Shown: positions 62,521 through 64,000 of the stretch, in pieces
Numbering within the stretch: the stretch's first letter is position 1
How the letters are laid out: each line of letters starts with the position of its first letter
NCBI GenBank assembly: GCA_963815215.1
Contig: CAWFFU010000003.1
Coordinates: 672,001 to 736,000 of the forward strand
Length of the DNA stretch: 64,000 bases
Direction: 5' to 3'
Source of the DNA: an uncultured Trueperaceae bacterium
GTDB taxonomy: Bacteria; Deinococcota; Deinococci; Deinococcales; Trueperaceae
Made by a program: the position numbers and the translations under genes
Notes under the pieces: generated by a model
What the model was told of the DNA's origin: nothing
The model's input: only the letters and a program-made list of their open reading frames with translations
Database searches by the model: none

Positions 62521-63801
62521 TCAGACCAACCGTTCCCGCCCCACGTAGGGACGCAACGCTTCCGGCACCCGCACGCTCCCATCCTCGGCCTGATACGTCT
62601 CGAGGATGGCGGCGATCGTGCGCGGGAAGGCCAGGGCGCTGCCGTTCAGGGTATGGACCGGCCCCGGTCGGCCCTTCCCGCGGGCGCCACCCGGCCGCGC
62701 ACGCGTCTTGAGGCGCGACGCCTGGAAGGCCTCGATGTTGCTGATCGAAGACACCTCCAGCCAGCGTCCCTGGCCGGGGCTCCATGCCTCCAGGTCGTAC
62801 TTCTTGGCCTGCGTGAAGCCCATGTCACCACTGCACATCAGCAGCTTCCGATAGGCCAGGCCGAGTTCCTCGAGCATCGACTCCGCGATCCGCGTCATGG
62901 CCTCCAACGCCTCGTAGCTGTGCTCGGGCAGGGTGAACTGCACCATCTCGACCTTGTCGAACTGATGCACGCGGTTCAGGCCGCGGACGTCCTTGCCGTA
63001 GCTGCCCGCCTCCCGCCGGAAGCAGGCCGAGTACGCGGCGTAACGCAGCGGCAGCGCCTCGCTGTCGAGGATCTCGTCGCGGTGGAGATTGGTCACCGCC
63101 ACCTCCGAGGTCGGGATCATGTAGAAACCGTCCGACACCTCGTACATCTGCCCTTCCTTGTCGGGCAACTGGCCCGTGGCGGTGGCCGAGTCCACGTTGA
63201 CCATCAGGGGCACCACCAGCTCGGTGTAGCCGGCGGCCTCGAGGCGATCGAGGAAGAAACGCTCCAGGGCGCGCACCAGCCGGGCGCCCGGACCCCGGAA
63301 CAACGGGAAGCCCGCGCCGGTGATCTTCACGCCGGCTTCGAGATCGAGCCAGCCGGCCTCCGTTGCGAGCTCCCAGTGGGGACGCGGCTCGAAGGCGAAC
63401 TCGGGCAGCGTCCCCCACTCCTTGACCACCACGTTGTCGTGCTCGCTCTCGCCATAGGGAACGCTCTCGTGGGGGAGGTTGGGGATCTCCAGCAGGAGCT
63501 CCTGGAGGCGCGCCTCCAGGCTCCTGTCACGCTCCTCGAGATGCTTGACCTCGGCGGCGACCTCGCCCATCTGACGCATCAGCTCGTTGGCGTCCTCGCC
63601 GCTGCGCTTCATCTCGCCGATCCTCTTGCTGTTGGCGTTGCGGAGCGCCTGCTGCTCCTCCAGGTCGCGCCGGAGCAGCCGGTGCTCCTCGTCGGTCAGC
63701 AGGAGCTGCTCGAGGCTCTCGAGCGCCTCGGGGAGCTGCTTGGCGCGGATCGCCCGACGCACCGCGTCGGGGTTCTCGCGGATGAACCTCAGATCCAGCA
63801 T
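62521..63801 (-). CDS. serS: serine--tRNA ligase
   Basis: MLDLRFIREN, IPN.PH..VP.G, TGQLP, IPTSEV, FRREAGSYG.D.RGL.RVHQF.KVE, HTLNGS. Confidence 0.97.
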   Translation of the reverse strand: MLDLRFIRENPDAVRRAIRAKQLPEALESLEQLLLTDEEHRLLRRDLEEQQALRNANSKRIGEMKRSGEDANELMRQMGEVAAEVKHLEERDRSLEARLQELLLEIPNLPHESVPYGESEHDNVVVKEWGTLPEFAFEPRPHWELATEAGWLDLEAGVKITGAGFPLFRGPGARLVRALERFFLDRLEAAGYTELVVPLMVNVDSATATGQLPDKEGQMYEVSDGFYMIPTSEVAVTNLHRDEILDSEALPLRYAAYSACFRREAGSYGKDVRGLNRVHQFDKVEMVQFTLPEHSYEALEAMTRIAESMLEELGLAYRKLLMCSGDMGFTQAKKYDLEAWSPGQGRWLEVSSISNIEAFQASRLKTRARPGGARGKGRPGPVHTLNGSALAFPRTIAAILETYQAEDGSVRVPEALRPYVGRERLV

Positions 63802-63947
63802 GCGTACCAGTCTACGGTTTCGGCGCCTGCGAAGGCGAGCCGTCCGCTCGCTGCGGGAGCCGTCCGGCGCAGCGGGGCCGGTGCTAGACTGGACCGCCGA
63901 ACCCATGCTCCACCGCGACGGCGCGCTGAATCCGGAGGTAGGCCGCG

Positions 63948-64000
63948 ATGTCCGACCCGACCCGAGCCCGTGACGACGTGCTGGCATTGCACCAGCGCTA
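63948..64000 (+). CDS. 5' fragment of a CDS running off the window (MSDPTRARDDVLALHQR...)
   Basis: GGAGG SD upstream of ATG 63948, open to the window end; product not determinable. Confidence 0.5.
   Translation, partial: MSDPTRARDDVLALHQR

Overview
A very GC-rich bacterial chromosome segment, most likely from the Deinococcota (Truepera/Deinococcus-like). This assignment is inferred from the many TANNNT-N5-8-start leaderless genes, a three-gene transhydrogenase, futalosine-pathway mqnB and an HspR/HAIR operator at clpB. The content is mostly housekeeping: folP-folB-folK, wecB, a polyprenyl-phosphate GlcNAc-1-P transferase, upp, three tRNAs, gabT, rpe, accDA, nrdR, rplM-rpsI, uppP, gltX-ftsY-mqnB, fba, rqcH, clpB, pntAB, pfkA, tyrS, gnd-zwf, arginase, phoBR/phoU, thpR, gatC and serS. 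There is one accessory catabolic island (about 17.2-30.2 kb): LacI, family-5 ABC transporter, Gfo/Idh/MocA oxidoreductase, TIM-barrel isomerase, GH3, VOC protein and a second LacI. I found no CRISPR array, integrase, transposase or prophage. The most unusual observations are: (1) a 14-bp tandem repeat that creates an unbroken chain of four start/stop-overlapped mini-ORFs between two sugar genes; (2) an unannotated 59-aa ORF under tandem LacI-type operators with a periodic leader; (3) an H-type pseudoknot filling the tyrS 5' leader; (4) a degenerate HsdR_N-like pseudo-nuclease and an acidic-tailed pseudo-SDR flanking nrdR; (5) a leaderless mini-ORF coupled to phoB under PHO-box-like repeats; (6) two single-base frameshifts near 60-62 kb that are probably sequencing errors. 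All family assignments come from reading motifs by eye; no database searches were run.
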